This document shows, piece after piece, positions 49,030 through 59,527 of a stretch of DNA of 64,000 nt. The position numbers were made by a program, and so were the translations under genes. The stretch is from the NCBI GenBank assembly GCA_977017575.1, contig CDRNVI010000030.1:248001-312000 (forward strand), read 5' to 3'. Positions within the stretch are counted from its first letter, which is position 1; each line of letters begins with the position of its first letter. The DNA comes from Paramoeba atlantica. Lineage: Eukaryota; Protista; Discosea. The notes under the pieces were generated by a model that had not been told where the DNA came from, ran no database searches, and worked only from the letters and a program-made list of their open reading frames with translations.

Positions 49030-49548
49030 CGCTCTCCACTACGTATCAAGACTCTTTTGCTTTACTTCAACAAATCGAAGATGGCAAAAACCCCAAAAAT
49101 TCTTTCCTGCGAACCTCGATGGCTCATTTCTTATCCGTCTCCTTTGCTTTCTTTGTCACGAGACGGATTTGGGCACCACTAATGCCCAAACCGACACGGA
49201 CGCTTAATGTGGCGGGCAGCTCCGATTTAAACGCAAACACCTTTCAACAATGGATTGTGGAACAGTTGCAAGCTCTTCAAGGCGGGGGAAAGTTTCGACA
49301 AATCCACTTTCCCAGAAAACGAATTTCTGGATCAATTTCTGGAAATCAAGAGATTTCAGACTGGCAGGAAGTTCGCTGAAATTCAATGCCCCTGAAAACT
49401 CATTCTCCGAGACATCGAGCGTTTCAAGGTTTGGCGGGAGTGACATCAAATCGAGTGGTTCCGTAAGACGATTCTACGAAACATCCAGATCAACCACGCT
49501 GGCGGGGCGTTTGGACAAACACGCACTTCCGACAAACGCATTGCTCTC
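49030..49548 (-). pseudogene. 3' half of an LRR gene (paralog of 34775); the N-terminal remnant PEPSRKRRK…NLPQVFAL at about 50690-50855 may belong to it
   Basis: The 48340-49545 block parallels 34120-35200; stops and frameshifts present. Confidence 0.75.
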
Positions 49549-49558
49549 AATAATAATA

Positions 49559-50136
49559 ATAAAAGATGCAGTTTCTGTACCTTGTTGGTACATTTTCCAT
49601 TAGTTCATCTTTTCTTTCCCCGACAACGGGCATAATCATACTCTTTTATATGCCCGTTGCTGGTCGGCACTAAGGCCGAAACTGTCCCTCTTTCTCGTCG
49701 AAGCAGGGGACGCGCTTCCACCCCATCAACCCTCCCGGGCTCACTCCTTGAGTGAGTTTTCTTCCCTCCCCAGCTTTCTTCCCTTCGCGCCCTTTCCTTC
49801 CCGGGGAGCCATGCGCCATGGTGGCCTCCCTTGAGCACCACTGGGCGTGGCTCTGCCTCGTCTTATCGCGAGGCAGCGGTCGGTTGCAGTGCGCCCCTCC
49901 GGCTGCGTAAAGAGGTGGTGAGTTGCCTGGACCACCTCTACCGACTGGGACCGAGTCGGTTGCAGTGCGCCCCTCCGGCTGCGTAAAGAGGTGGTGAGTT
50001 ACCTGGACCACCTCTACCGACTGGGACCGAGTCGGTTGCAGTGCGCCCCTCCGGCTGCGTAAAGAGAGGGCGAGTTGCCTGGACCACCTCTACCGACAGA
50101 GTCCGAGCTAAACCTCCTTGGTGCGACATCCGTCAT
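49559..50136 (+). mobile_element. SL-headed structured element with three 76-bp repeats (49879-50106)
   Basis: (AAT)n then ATAAAAGATGCAGTTTCTGTACCTTGTTG|GTAC, a pyrimidine tract and the family hairpins. Confidence 0.8.
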
Positions 50137-52729
50137 TGGACCCTATGCAGTCACTCAGTGCCATTCAGTGCCACGCAGTGCCATTCAGTGCCACGCAAAA
50201 TGACGAAAGTCGGTTGACGCCTGTGCTGGGGTAGTAGTAGTAATCTGATGCAACTCGGGCTCGGAAGTGATGTCCATAAAATTCTACGAATAAATAACAA
50301 AATGCGAACAAAGACGACGATAGTGAGTGAACAATGAAAAAAAAACTTGTCTTAAAAGAAATGCACCTAAAAGAAATTATCGTTTAAATGCAAACCCAAT
50401 ACTCAATGTCTAATAGTAATGTACGAAGTGCATCATTGTATCTCACAGGTCCGTTTCTGAAATGTATGGAAAAGTATTATTTTGATTCTCCGGCCTGCCT
50501 GACTCATAAACAATGAAATTATCCAATGTTGAGTGAAACAATCGCTTTGTCGAGAACGTTTGTTCCTCCCTTCGCATGGGTTAGGGTAGCGAGATGATAG
50601 CACGGATTCTTCCGATGATATCGGCTGTCGCATCAAGGGCTGTATCTCTGCTCCAGCGAGTGCATGAACATTAAAAAAATGCAACCGTGGCAGCAAAGTC
50701 AAAGCGAACACTTGGGGTAAATTTGTAGTACTGACTTTGGAGTCAACGGGGTTTCCCGCAGGAGCCTTGTTGTGGGACCCCTGCACGTCTTGCTCCACTT
50801 TGCGACGCTTACGGGAGGGCTCGGGGACATCCAAACAGAGAGAGAGGTAGAAGAACATAAAAATACGGTGTAAAAGACGATAATACGGTAGTGAACGGGG
50901 TGCATAATAAAGGGGGGGGTGCATAATAAAGGGGGGGTGCATACTAAAGGGGGGGGTACATAATAAAGGGGAGAAGAAAAGGGTGAAACAAGGGGGATGG
51001 TGAAAAGTGCATACATGGTGCCAATGACGTCTTCTCCAAACCCACCCGTAATGCTTCCGAAAGCGTGCATACAGGGGTGCGAATCTAAAGGTGGGGTCCA
51101 GTTGCTGTCGATTTCGGGGTCGAAGAATATTTTTGTCTGTCCATCACAGACAGCGGTCCGAAAAACTTTTAAAGTTTATTTATAGCAAAAAAAAAATAGT
51201 ACTATATTGATGCTACAAGTACTTCAAAAACTTCAAAAATTATAAATAAATAGGCAAACATTTTCGGTCTTCGAACTGGTACTTCGCTCATCAGGTAGTC
51301 TATGGCAGGGAATGATCAAACGTCAAGAGATTTATGTCAGACATTTTTTTCAAAAACCGATCTTCTTTGCTATGAATGCAACACCAAAACGGGTTGTAGC
51401 TTGGCAAATATGCGTTGCACGTCCGCATATTATGAACAAGTTAAAATACAATATGGGAAGATCACGAATCGACTTCGCTGAAGCGTTGGCCTTAGAACTG
51501 GAAGTAAACAACTCGATGGATTTTAAGCCAATTCAATTAGTTATTATTGCATCTGATATTTTTTCTTTTTTAGTGGCTTCGTTAAACGCGGAGGTTGTTT
51601 TCAACTTAGAAGTCACTCGTGCTGCGCGCTTCGCGTTGATAGCCGAATTAACACAACGAAATATTTTTGAGGGAATGAAATAGTGCTGGCAGATGTAGCG
51701 ACACGAGGTGTAGTATTATACACCTAGTATAATACACTACTATACTAATAGTTAGTATAATAAGGTGACATACGCGACCTGACAATAACTACACACCAGA
51801 GGACTTTGGTTATTGAAATACCTTATCTCTCTGTCTTGGCGGGAACGTGCAGTGCTGGGCCCAGATGCCACCTGGTCTTACCTCCGAACCAACCCCAAAC
51901 GTTCGGGCTAAACGACCCTCGATCAGTCAACAAACTTCTGTTGAACGGTCGAGCCGTCAAACACCGATATGAAGCTCTACAGACAAAAAACATTTGTGTT
52001 TGGGGCAATAAATCACTAAGGAACACGTTATTAAACAGAAGAAAATATTTAAAATGCTATCTGTCACTCTTTGATTGTCGAAAACTCTAGGTGAAAAATA
52101 TAGTTTTTCAATATATAGCACGAAAAAAAATATAGTACTATAAAGTACTATATTTATAGTTTTTGAAGTTTTTCGGACCCCTGTGATTCACAGACTACAA
52201 ATCCTTGGCTACGGATCTCTCGCAGAAGATCGCTCCAGCTCTCCACGCCGTAAACAAGGTCGCGATACCCCTCGCCGATAAGCTTGAGAGCCACATCCAG
52301 GAACGCAGGGGTAACCAGCGTCGAAACACGCTCTCGGGATGCCGTTAACACGTCACCCGTAAGGGTAAAACGTTCAACCCAACGTTTTACAGTGTTCTCA
52401 TGAACACCAAAGTGCTGCGCCGTAGCGGAGTACGATCCTGTGCGCCCCGTATTCCGCCACCAAAAGCATGCGGTGACTCTCTTTGACGGGGGCGGGGGAA
52501 GAATACGATCTATCGCTCAGTACTCCACGGGCGCTTTTGGGGCATTTTCTGGTAAAAAAAAGTAATTTCTGAGAAGGAAAAAAGCGAAATATGGTACCAA
52601 AAAATATGTACGTAAAAATTACAGAGTTTTAATGAGCCTAAAACACACAACTCTGTGGGAGCTATCCAATGCGCTATTATTTTACAAAATTGGACAACAT
52701 TTACAAATTTTAGACCCCACTCCACCTTT

Positions 52730-53110
52730 ATACCCGCACCCCTGTATGTGTCTTCTAATGCTGAAACCGAAGTCAACCCCGTTTTTTTTTGGGATATTAA
52801 ATCGATTACAATAGATTTGGTCAAGGGACACCATAAGTAATATGCCTTTTCACAAGCACGATAGACTTCACACATAGCCTCTGCCTTATTGTACGTGACA
52901 TACTTCGGGTCGTTGTAATCACCTCCTTTGGTGTTAAACCGGTGCTGGCTTCCCATGTCTCGATTTATTAGTTTTTGATAAATTAATATCCCAGTCGCAC
53001 GGATGGCGTGCACCGTTCTTCGAGTTATCCCGTACTTCTCTCGGATAGCCTTCACCGAGTCCTGGGATAGACAAATCTCGTGTTTGTCGTAAATGGTGAG
53101 TTCGACTCGC
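52730..53110 (-). mobile_element. pogo/Tigger-like transposase N-terminal remnant
   Basis: ELTIYDKHEIC…IREKYGITRRTVHAI (psq-type HTH) followed by a CENP-B-like segment; truncated by another MITE. Confidence 0.55.
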
Positions 53111-53932
53111 TTACCGATGGAGATGTAATAGTAGAGCACATAATAGTATGTAGAACAGGTCCCCGTTCCCCTACCTGGGGGGAAGGTAGGGGTCGACATT
53201 ATACACAAAGAGAAGCAGATAGAGAAAACTAAAAAGTCTGCTAAGAAGTCTGCAGTATTGAGTAACTTAATGTTAGAAGTTGGTAGCCTAAGTGACTTTC
53301 GAAACAGAATAAAAAAGGGAAAAAATCGAATTTACCCAATCGGTCCCACTACACGAACTTTCTTCAGCTTCAATCTTGTGCATATTAAAGGGGGTCCCAC
53401 TACACAAATTTCTTCAAATTCCATTTTGTGCACATTAAAGGGGGGTAAGGGGGGGTGCATATTAAAGGGGGGGTCACAGTAGGTACACTGTATTGTGTAT
53501 CCTTTGCCTGTGTATACCCCCAGTATAATGTAACTCCAACTGACATGTCACAGTTTTCTATGAAAACGGGAAACACGAGTATCTTTCGATAGATTTTTGT
53601 TCAAGATAGAAGATTCTGCAGTGCCTTGTATTAATAGGTTCAAAAAAATGTAAAAAAGGGCATGTCTTTTTCGGAAATTTCCTCCTTTTAGAAAATATTA
53701 ATCTGGAAAATCTACACATATCTGGCAAGATACATAAGACAACATAACGGTTGCAAAGTAGGACAAGAATAAAAAAGCTCCACGAAGGGCAAGAAGTTTT
53801 AATTTGTCATACTATGAATCGTGAAATGTTTTTGAATGGACGTACACAAAACTCCAAATGTCTTGAAAACCAATTTTTACAGTCAAGATGCCTCTTCTCC
53901 CATCAACCTGTACCAACCATTACCTTCTACTG

Positions 53933-55033
53933 TCATTTCTTTTGAGGAAACAATCGCACTGCTACAAAGCCATTTTTTATGCTGACATTCGATATCCGAT
54001 TTAGTCTCAAATCGACACAAGTAGAAGGTGACAGATTTCCAATCTCAACAGTGGGCCCAATGGTATTGTTGCTGATGTCGACTTTTCCAAGACAAGGCAG
54101 AAAAAAGTCTAAAGTGACATTTCCTTCAAACTTATTGCTGCTGATGTCTATTTCTTGTAGTGCAGGTGGACGATTTCTAGGCGTCATTGCGTTTATGCCC
54201 GCCGCATTCCTTGAACCACACGATTGAGAATCGTGGTCATAGCACTCACGACAAAGGCCGGAGAGATCTACTCCTCCTGAAAGCTTGTTATTCGAAACAT
54301 TCAGGATCAAAAGTGAAAGTGAAAGTTTGGTCAGGCATATTTCTCCGTCGAACATGTTCTGACTCGCATTTAGTTCTCGCAGGGCGGGAGGCAAAGAGTG
54401 AAGTTCACAACTACCCGTAAATGTATTCTCTGATATGTCCAATACCATTAGGGACCATGGCAAATTATCCCACTCAACCGATCCATTCAACTGATTTTTT
54501 CGAACATTCAACACATGCAGAGTCGAGGGCAATTCTGACCAGGAAACATTTCCACTTAATTGATTGCTTTCAACGCTGAGTTCAGTGAGGAATGGAAAAT
54601 CTGAAGCTGTAGGCAAAGTTTGATTGCAAACGGACTTTAGGGAATGAAAAGACAAATCGATCTTCCGTACAGTACATGGCAGAAGGCTCCAGTGAATCAT
54701 ATTCAAGAAGCGGTGTTGATCGTACCTGCTTCTGTGTTTGTATTCGTATTTGTTCCAGTTCACACCTGTTATTCGACCAAATGTATCCCTCTGTACGTAA
54801 CGTGATGAAGTTGCGTTGTCTAGAAAGTCCTCAGAAGCGGAGTAAGCAGCATATGCTTTGTGAACAAACTCTCGAATATCACCCTCTCGCTGACACATCA
54901 CATTAGGCACAGAATCATCCGCTGTATTCACTGCATAATAAATGTATCCTTTGAGCAAGTGAGGCCCCACGAAAGATTTTGAGTGTGCCGGAAATGCACT
55001 GAGGAGAAGAAAAAGTAGACTGGACAGAGTCAT
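53933..55033 (-). CDS. LRR protein, subfamily B
   Basis: Intact 366-aa ORF with MTLSSLLFLLLSAFPAHS start and about 9 repeats. Confidence 0.88.
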   Translation of the reverse strand: MTLSSLLFLLLSAFPAHSKSFVGPHLLKGYIYYAVNTADDSVPNVMCQREGDIREFVHKAYAAYSASEDFLDNATSSRYVQRDTFGRITGVNWNKYEYKHRSRYDQHRFLNMIHWSLLPCTVRKIDLSFHSLKSVCNQTLPTASDFPFLTELSVESNQLSGNVSWSELPSTLHVLNVRKNQLNGSVEWDNLPWSLMVLDISENTFTGSCELHSLPPALRELNASQNMFDGEICLTKLSLSLLILNVSNNKLSGGVDLSGLCRECYDHDSQSCGSRNAAGINAMTPRNRPPALQEIDISSNKFEGNVTLDFFLPCLGKVDISNNTIGPTVEIGNLSPSTCVDLRLNRISNVSIKNGFVAVRLFPQKK

Positions 55034-55145
55034 AAGGAAAAGAAATTGTACAACTTATTTATGGGTGGAACAGAGCAAATTTAAATATGACACGATACTT
55101 CATCATAAAGTATGGTTAGAAAAAATCAAAATGTAGTGGGGTATT

Positions 55146-55207
55146 CGTTTCCGGGAGAGAAAAGATGAGAGAAAAGTACCAACAAGGTACAGAAACTGCA
55201 TCTTTAT
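55146..55207 (-). mobile_element. Short SL-headed fragment
   Basis: ATAAAGATGCAGTTTCTGTACCTTGTTG|GTACTTTTCTCTCATCTTTTCTCTCCCGGAAACG, then truncated; replaces the 3' end of the adjacent LRR pseudogene. Confidence 0.75.
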
Positions 55208-55214
55208 CATTATC

Positions 55215-55814
55215 AATAGCTTCTTAAACGTAGAGGGCAAACTTCCTAAATCAAGCATTCCCGTGAAACGATTATACGATAAGTAAAGACGCGTCATGCT
55301 TGGGGGTAAGTAGGAGAGAACAACCGATCCGGATAAGTTGTTGTTATTGACCCGCAAGTATTACAGGCTTGGAGGCAGGGAACTTAAGTCGAGGTGACCT
55401 TCAAACTCATTCCACTCTAAAAGCATCTTTTCTAGCGTATCGGGTAAATAGAGCATGTCAAACTCCCCGTTAAATTTGTTTTTGCCTATCTGTAGATATC
55501 TGAATTTTCGTGGTAAGTTCCGTAACTGAACATTACTGATGAACTTGTTATAAGCCCCGTAAAAGCAAGTGTGTTTCCCACCGAAGTGAGCCTGTAAGGC
55601 CGAGGTGCGACCAAAGAAGAGTTCGAGCGTGTAATGTTCTATCGCACATCACACCTTCCCACTGGCACGCAGGTGTCGAGGTGTTCCATGTAGGAGACGG
55701 ATTTTCAATATTCGCAATAAATCGAGCAAGCTCGAATTCCTGCGGTAAGTTCGCTCCTCGCACCTTACTGGGTGTCCGACTTGAAATCTCTGTTGCAAGA
55801 CCAAACAACGTCAT
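55215..55814 (-). pseudogene. LRR subfamily A pseudogene (duplicate of 41628-42303)
   Basis: Near-identical sequence with the same frameshift. Confidence 0.85.
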
Positions 55815-56632
55815 CTGAGTCTTGAATGAGAAATAAAAGTTATTTCTTGAGAAAACCGTTAACTCCTCACACGTGTGCGTATTACCTACAAGAGCAGATG
55901 ACGCGTCCTCATTTTCTATTTTTCTTAACCTCCCGGCGGATTACCAATTATCGCCGGCGAACATCCCTGGACGGCCACCTTCGCCATCTACGGGATTCAA
56001 TAAATTCCAACCTTATGGACTAAAGCGGGAATAACGTTCCCCTCTAGAGATTGTAATTTTTTGTTGGATTCCTTTCAAAAGTGGTTTCTTGACATATTAC
56101 AGTCAATATTATTTTTACTAATCCCCTGTCCTTTTTCACTAGAGAAGGCTACTATAAATTATTCGTAGTTCCCCATTACAACCCGATGCTCCCGAGGCAC
56201 CGTGGTGGGTAGTGGGAAGCAGCACATTGGTAGAAGTAGTGGCGTATAAATTAAATCTGGATCATAATTTCGTAATCTTTCCGGAGAAATCCGGTGACGC
56301 GGGCACTACGGTTAGTTGTGTGCTTGAACGGACAAGCATGAATGTGTTCATAGGCTTCGGCTGAAGGTATTAAACGAGTGGGAACGGAAAAATGTGATCG
56401 TTTTTTTTCATCTTTTAGGGAGGTCCTTTGGACTTTCTTGTGTTACTACGCACGAGATAATGGAAAATGGCTAAGTCCCTGGGCAGAAGCCAGGGAATAT
56501 CAACCCCCATATCCTTCGCAGAAGTTTTCGGGCTCGATGAGGAGTCGGGGTATGACAAGCGAAGTATAAAGAGAGGGTTACAGCAGGTACTGTATCACAC
56601 AAATAACGTAACCCTGGACAAACTACTTTTTT

Positions 56633-57469
56633 TCAGTCATAGTTTATAACGATTGCCGTACCTAGGGCGAAATCCATGTTAAATCCCCAAGGTAGACTCG
56701 ATGTGGAAACATTTCCACGGAGCAAAGGATTATCTTTCAGCAGCAAATTCTTCAAACTAGGAGGTAAACGATCAAGACACACTTCTCCTGCGAAGAGGTT
56801 CGACGAGAGATTCAAATACCGGAGTTTTGACGGGAAGTGCCGCAAGTCGGGAGCCCCAATGAAAGAATTGTCGTTTAAGGACAAATACACCAATTCGCAA
56901 GGCAATGAACTCAGGCAGATGTCTCCAGAAAAGCGGTTACTGCTCAAAAATATTTCCGTCAAACAATACGAAAATGTGCTGAAATCGACGGTCCCAGAAA
57001 ACAAATTGCTGTGAAGGGAAATCTCCTGTAATGGGGAAGGCAAGATCTCTGGATTTATCTCTCCACGAAAAAAATTATAAGACAGGTCCAAGTTGCGTAA
57101 CGTACGTGGGAGATACTCCAATTTTATTTGAGCAGTTACGTCGTGACGTGACCAAATGATCTCATTGATTTCTAAGTCTTCATTACATTTGATGCCATCC
57201 CACTCACACGCTGTTGTGTTTGTACTCCAGGAGGGGTGCGCATTTGTGGCTTCGCCGAGAATGCGGCACAAATGATACTCTGGTGGAAGAAGCGCACTGC
57301 GTACCTTTGAGGGCCGCCGAATGGGAGATTCGGGTTGCTTGGATCGTTTTCTTGGAGGCGATCGTGGAATATCGGAGGCTATACATCCAATCATGAGGGT
57401 GTCTGAATCTTTAAAACTTGAAGCAGTATTGGTCCTAAGGAGATACGCTGTATGTACAAGGAGATACAC
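56633..57469 (-). CDS. LRR protein, subfamily A, with PPRKRSK motif (likely start near 57394)
   Basis: Intact ORF with LPPEYHL…SWSTNTTACEWDGIKC and about 6 repeats. Confidence 0.9.
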   Translation of the reverse strand: MYLLVHTAYLLRTNTASSFKDSDTLMIGCIASDIPRSPPRKRSKQPESPIRRPSKVRSALLPPEYHLCRILGEATNAHPSWSTNTTACEWDGIKCNEDLEINEIIWSRHDVTAQIKLEYLPRTLRNLDLSYNFFRGEINPEILPSPLQEISLHSNLFSGTVDFSTFSYCLTEIFLSSNRFSGDICLSSLPCELVYLSLNDNSFIGAPDLRHFPSKLRYLNLSSNLFAGEVCLDRLPPSLKNLLLKDNPLLRGNVSTSSLPWGFNMDFALGTAIVINYD

Positions 57470-57759
57470 TACTGTATGTAGGAATACGTAGAGTATGTCA
57501 GCAAAATAGATAAGTCGGAGACAACAAAACGTTACGCCCGAATGCGAGAAAGAAGTGTTCGGTCTCCCAAAAATACAAGCATCTAGGAATTTTATGTCTT
57601 GCTCTCAACAATATTTACTTTTCTGAAACCCACGCAGAACGGGAATTTGGCCACACGCTCCATATCGAAAAGAAGTGACACTTGTCCGAAGAAGTTCTAC
57701 AAGCGTTGGAGCGTATTTTTTTAACGACCTAGAAAATATTGAGTACGCAAATTGTTATC

Positions 57760-58653
57760 TCAAGTAAAAGGATTCAAATTCACACCTGGAGGCGTGGCTC
57801 CGTTGTATTCATCTTTGGGACCCCAATCACTGAAGCCGTTGTCGTTGAGGTACAAGTTATAACGAATACAAAGTTGAGTCACAAGCTGATGCTGGCGCAA
57901 GGGACTAAAATCAAGGTACCCAGAAAAACAATTGTGTGACAAGTCCATGAAGGAAATAAATAGTGGAAGATCCGCTGGGAACACCAAAGTTCCACTCAGT
58001 TTATTCCTAGCGAGGTTAAACTTGTGCATGTTCCGCGGCAGTGCTCGGAGATCGATGTGACCTGCAAAGTCATTCGATGATAGATCAAGGATTTTAAGCC
58101 CTCGCGGTAGTGCCGAAAGTATCATACTGCCCGTAAGTTCGTTTTCACGCAATCCTAACTCCTTCAAGCACTCTGCGGACATAGTCGATAGATCAAGATT
58201 TCCAGAGAAGCGATTTCTCTCGAGTTTCAACCGCTCCAACTTTGACGGAAGATTCTGAAGTGATAAAGCACCCGACATTGAAGTGCCGGTCAGGCAAAAG
58301 TGCTGCATACACGCCGGCAAGTAGTCAAGATTTATTTCACCCCACAGATTTGGATAACTCCACAGCTCAACGCTGGTAAGTGTTGAAGGTAGAGCACCCC
58401 AACTGAGATTTCCTTCCAGTTGAGGAATTCCTTTGCGACTGACGACGCTTACAATATTCTGATCTGCATTGCAGGCAACACCTTTCCATGTGCAAGGAGA
58501 AATTTTCTTCATACCCCCAAACAATCTTCTTTTTTCTGTAATCCATGAACGATCTCGCGCCGTTGTTCCTCTTAGAAATTCTTCGAGCACATGTTCCTGT
58601 GGTAATAACTCCCGACGTACTCTTCCGCATCTGAGGTCCGATCCGTCGTCCAT
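57760..58653 (-). CDS. LRR protein, subfamily A
   Basis: Intact 297-aa ORF with GRVRRELLPQEHVL…PCTWKGVAC and about 7 repeats. Confidence 0.9.
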   Translation of the reverse strand: MDDGSDLRCGRVRRELLPQEHVLEEFLRGTTARDRSWITEKRRLFGGMKKISPCTWKGVACNADQNIVSVVSRKGIPQLEGNLSWGALPSTLTSVELWSYPNLWGEINLDYLPACMQHFCLTGTSMSGALSLQNLPSKLERLKLERNRFSGNLDLSTMSAECLKELGLRENELTGSMILSALPRGLKILDLSSNDFAGHIDLRALPRNMHKFNLARNKLSGTLVFPADLPLFISFMDLSHNCFSGYLDFSPLRQHQLVTQLCIRYNLYLNDNGFSDWGPKDEYNGATPPGVNLNPFT

Positions 58654-58860
58654 AACTCACTAATTAAAAATAAAACCAAGTTTTATCTTTTGTAGTTGAA
58701 ACAAAAACGAATACAAAGGCGACATTCCCCCGTATTTAGCGGGGATCGCGCGAGCGACCACTGATAAATGGGGGGAAGGTGGTAGTTGTTTTGGGAGAAA
58801 TGAGAGTCTGAACGCACGGAGGGGCCGGTCGGGTCAATGAGAGACTTGGTATGACCGAAG

Positions 58861-58959
58861 TGCAGAAGTGCTTTACTTTGTGCAGAAGTGCTTTACTTTG
58901 TGCAGAAGTGCTTTACTTTGTGCAGAAGTGCTTTACTTTGTGCAGAAGTGCTTTACTTT
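58861..58959. repeat. 20-bp minisatellite (TGCAGAAGTGCTTTACTTTG), 5 copies
   Basis: Direct inspection. Confidence 0.95.
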
Positions 58960-59527
58960 TCCCGTACATTACACTGGAAAATGAAAAAACAAACCGGCGC
59001 CGCTTCGCGGCACTTCGTGCCCAAGGCTTTGTTAAAAAGGACAATTAAAAAAATTTCAGGTGGCCATTTTACACGTCAAATGCCCCTGGACAGATGAAAT
59101 GCATATGGACAGATAAAATGTCACTAAAAAAAGCTCGGCGTCAGTACCATCTGAAAGATGGCAGTCTCGAGGAAGACCACGGCAAAATTTGTCTAAAGGC
59201 GCTTTACCTGTCCAGAGGTATCGGTCCTGTCCGGCTGCCATTAGCGTATGACACACTTCAGGCCCTTTGTATCGCAAATTGGGGATTGCAAATTGATTCC
59301 AAAGAAAGTGAGAGAGAGTGTGAGAAAGAGTGCAGCACAGGTTGATTTTTTCTTTTATATTAATGTGTATGGTGTTGCCTTTGATTCTTTTGCGAAAATA
59401 AAAATCCAGGAAACTTTTTTTGTCGGACCAAATTCTACTACTGTACATGTAGGGTCGCGAGGGAGTAGTATCTCCCTCAATAATGAGTGTCATGCAGTAT
59501 GAACCCACAAAAACTACTCCCCAACAC

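Noticed and set aside
51312-51560. piggyBac transposase C-terminal remnant (also the Cys-rich ORF 29542-29736)
   Set aside because: The resemblance is too weak and fragmentary to support without a profile search.
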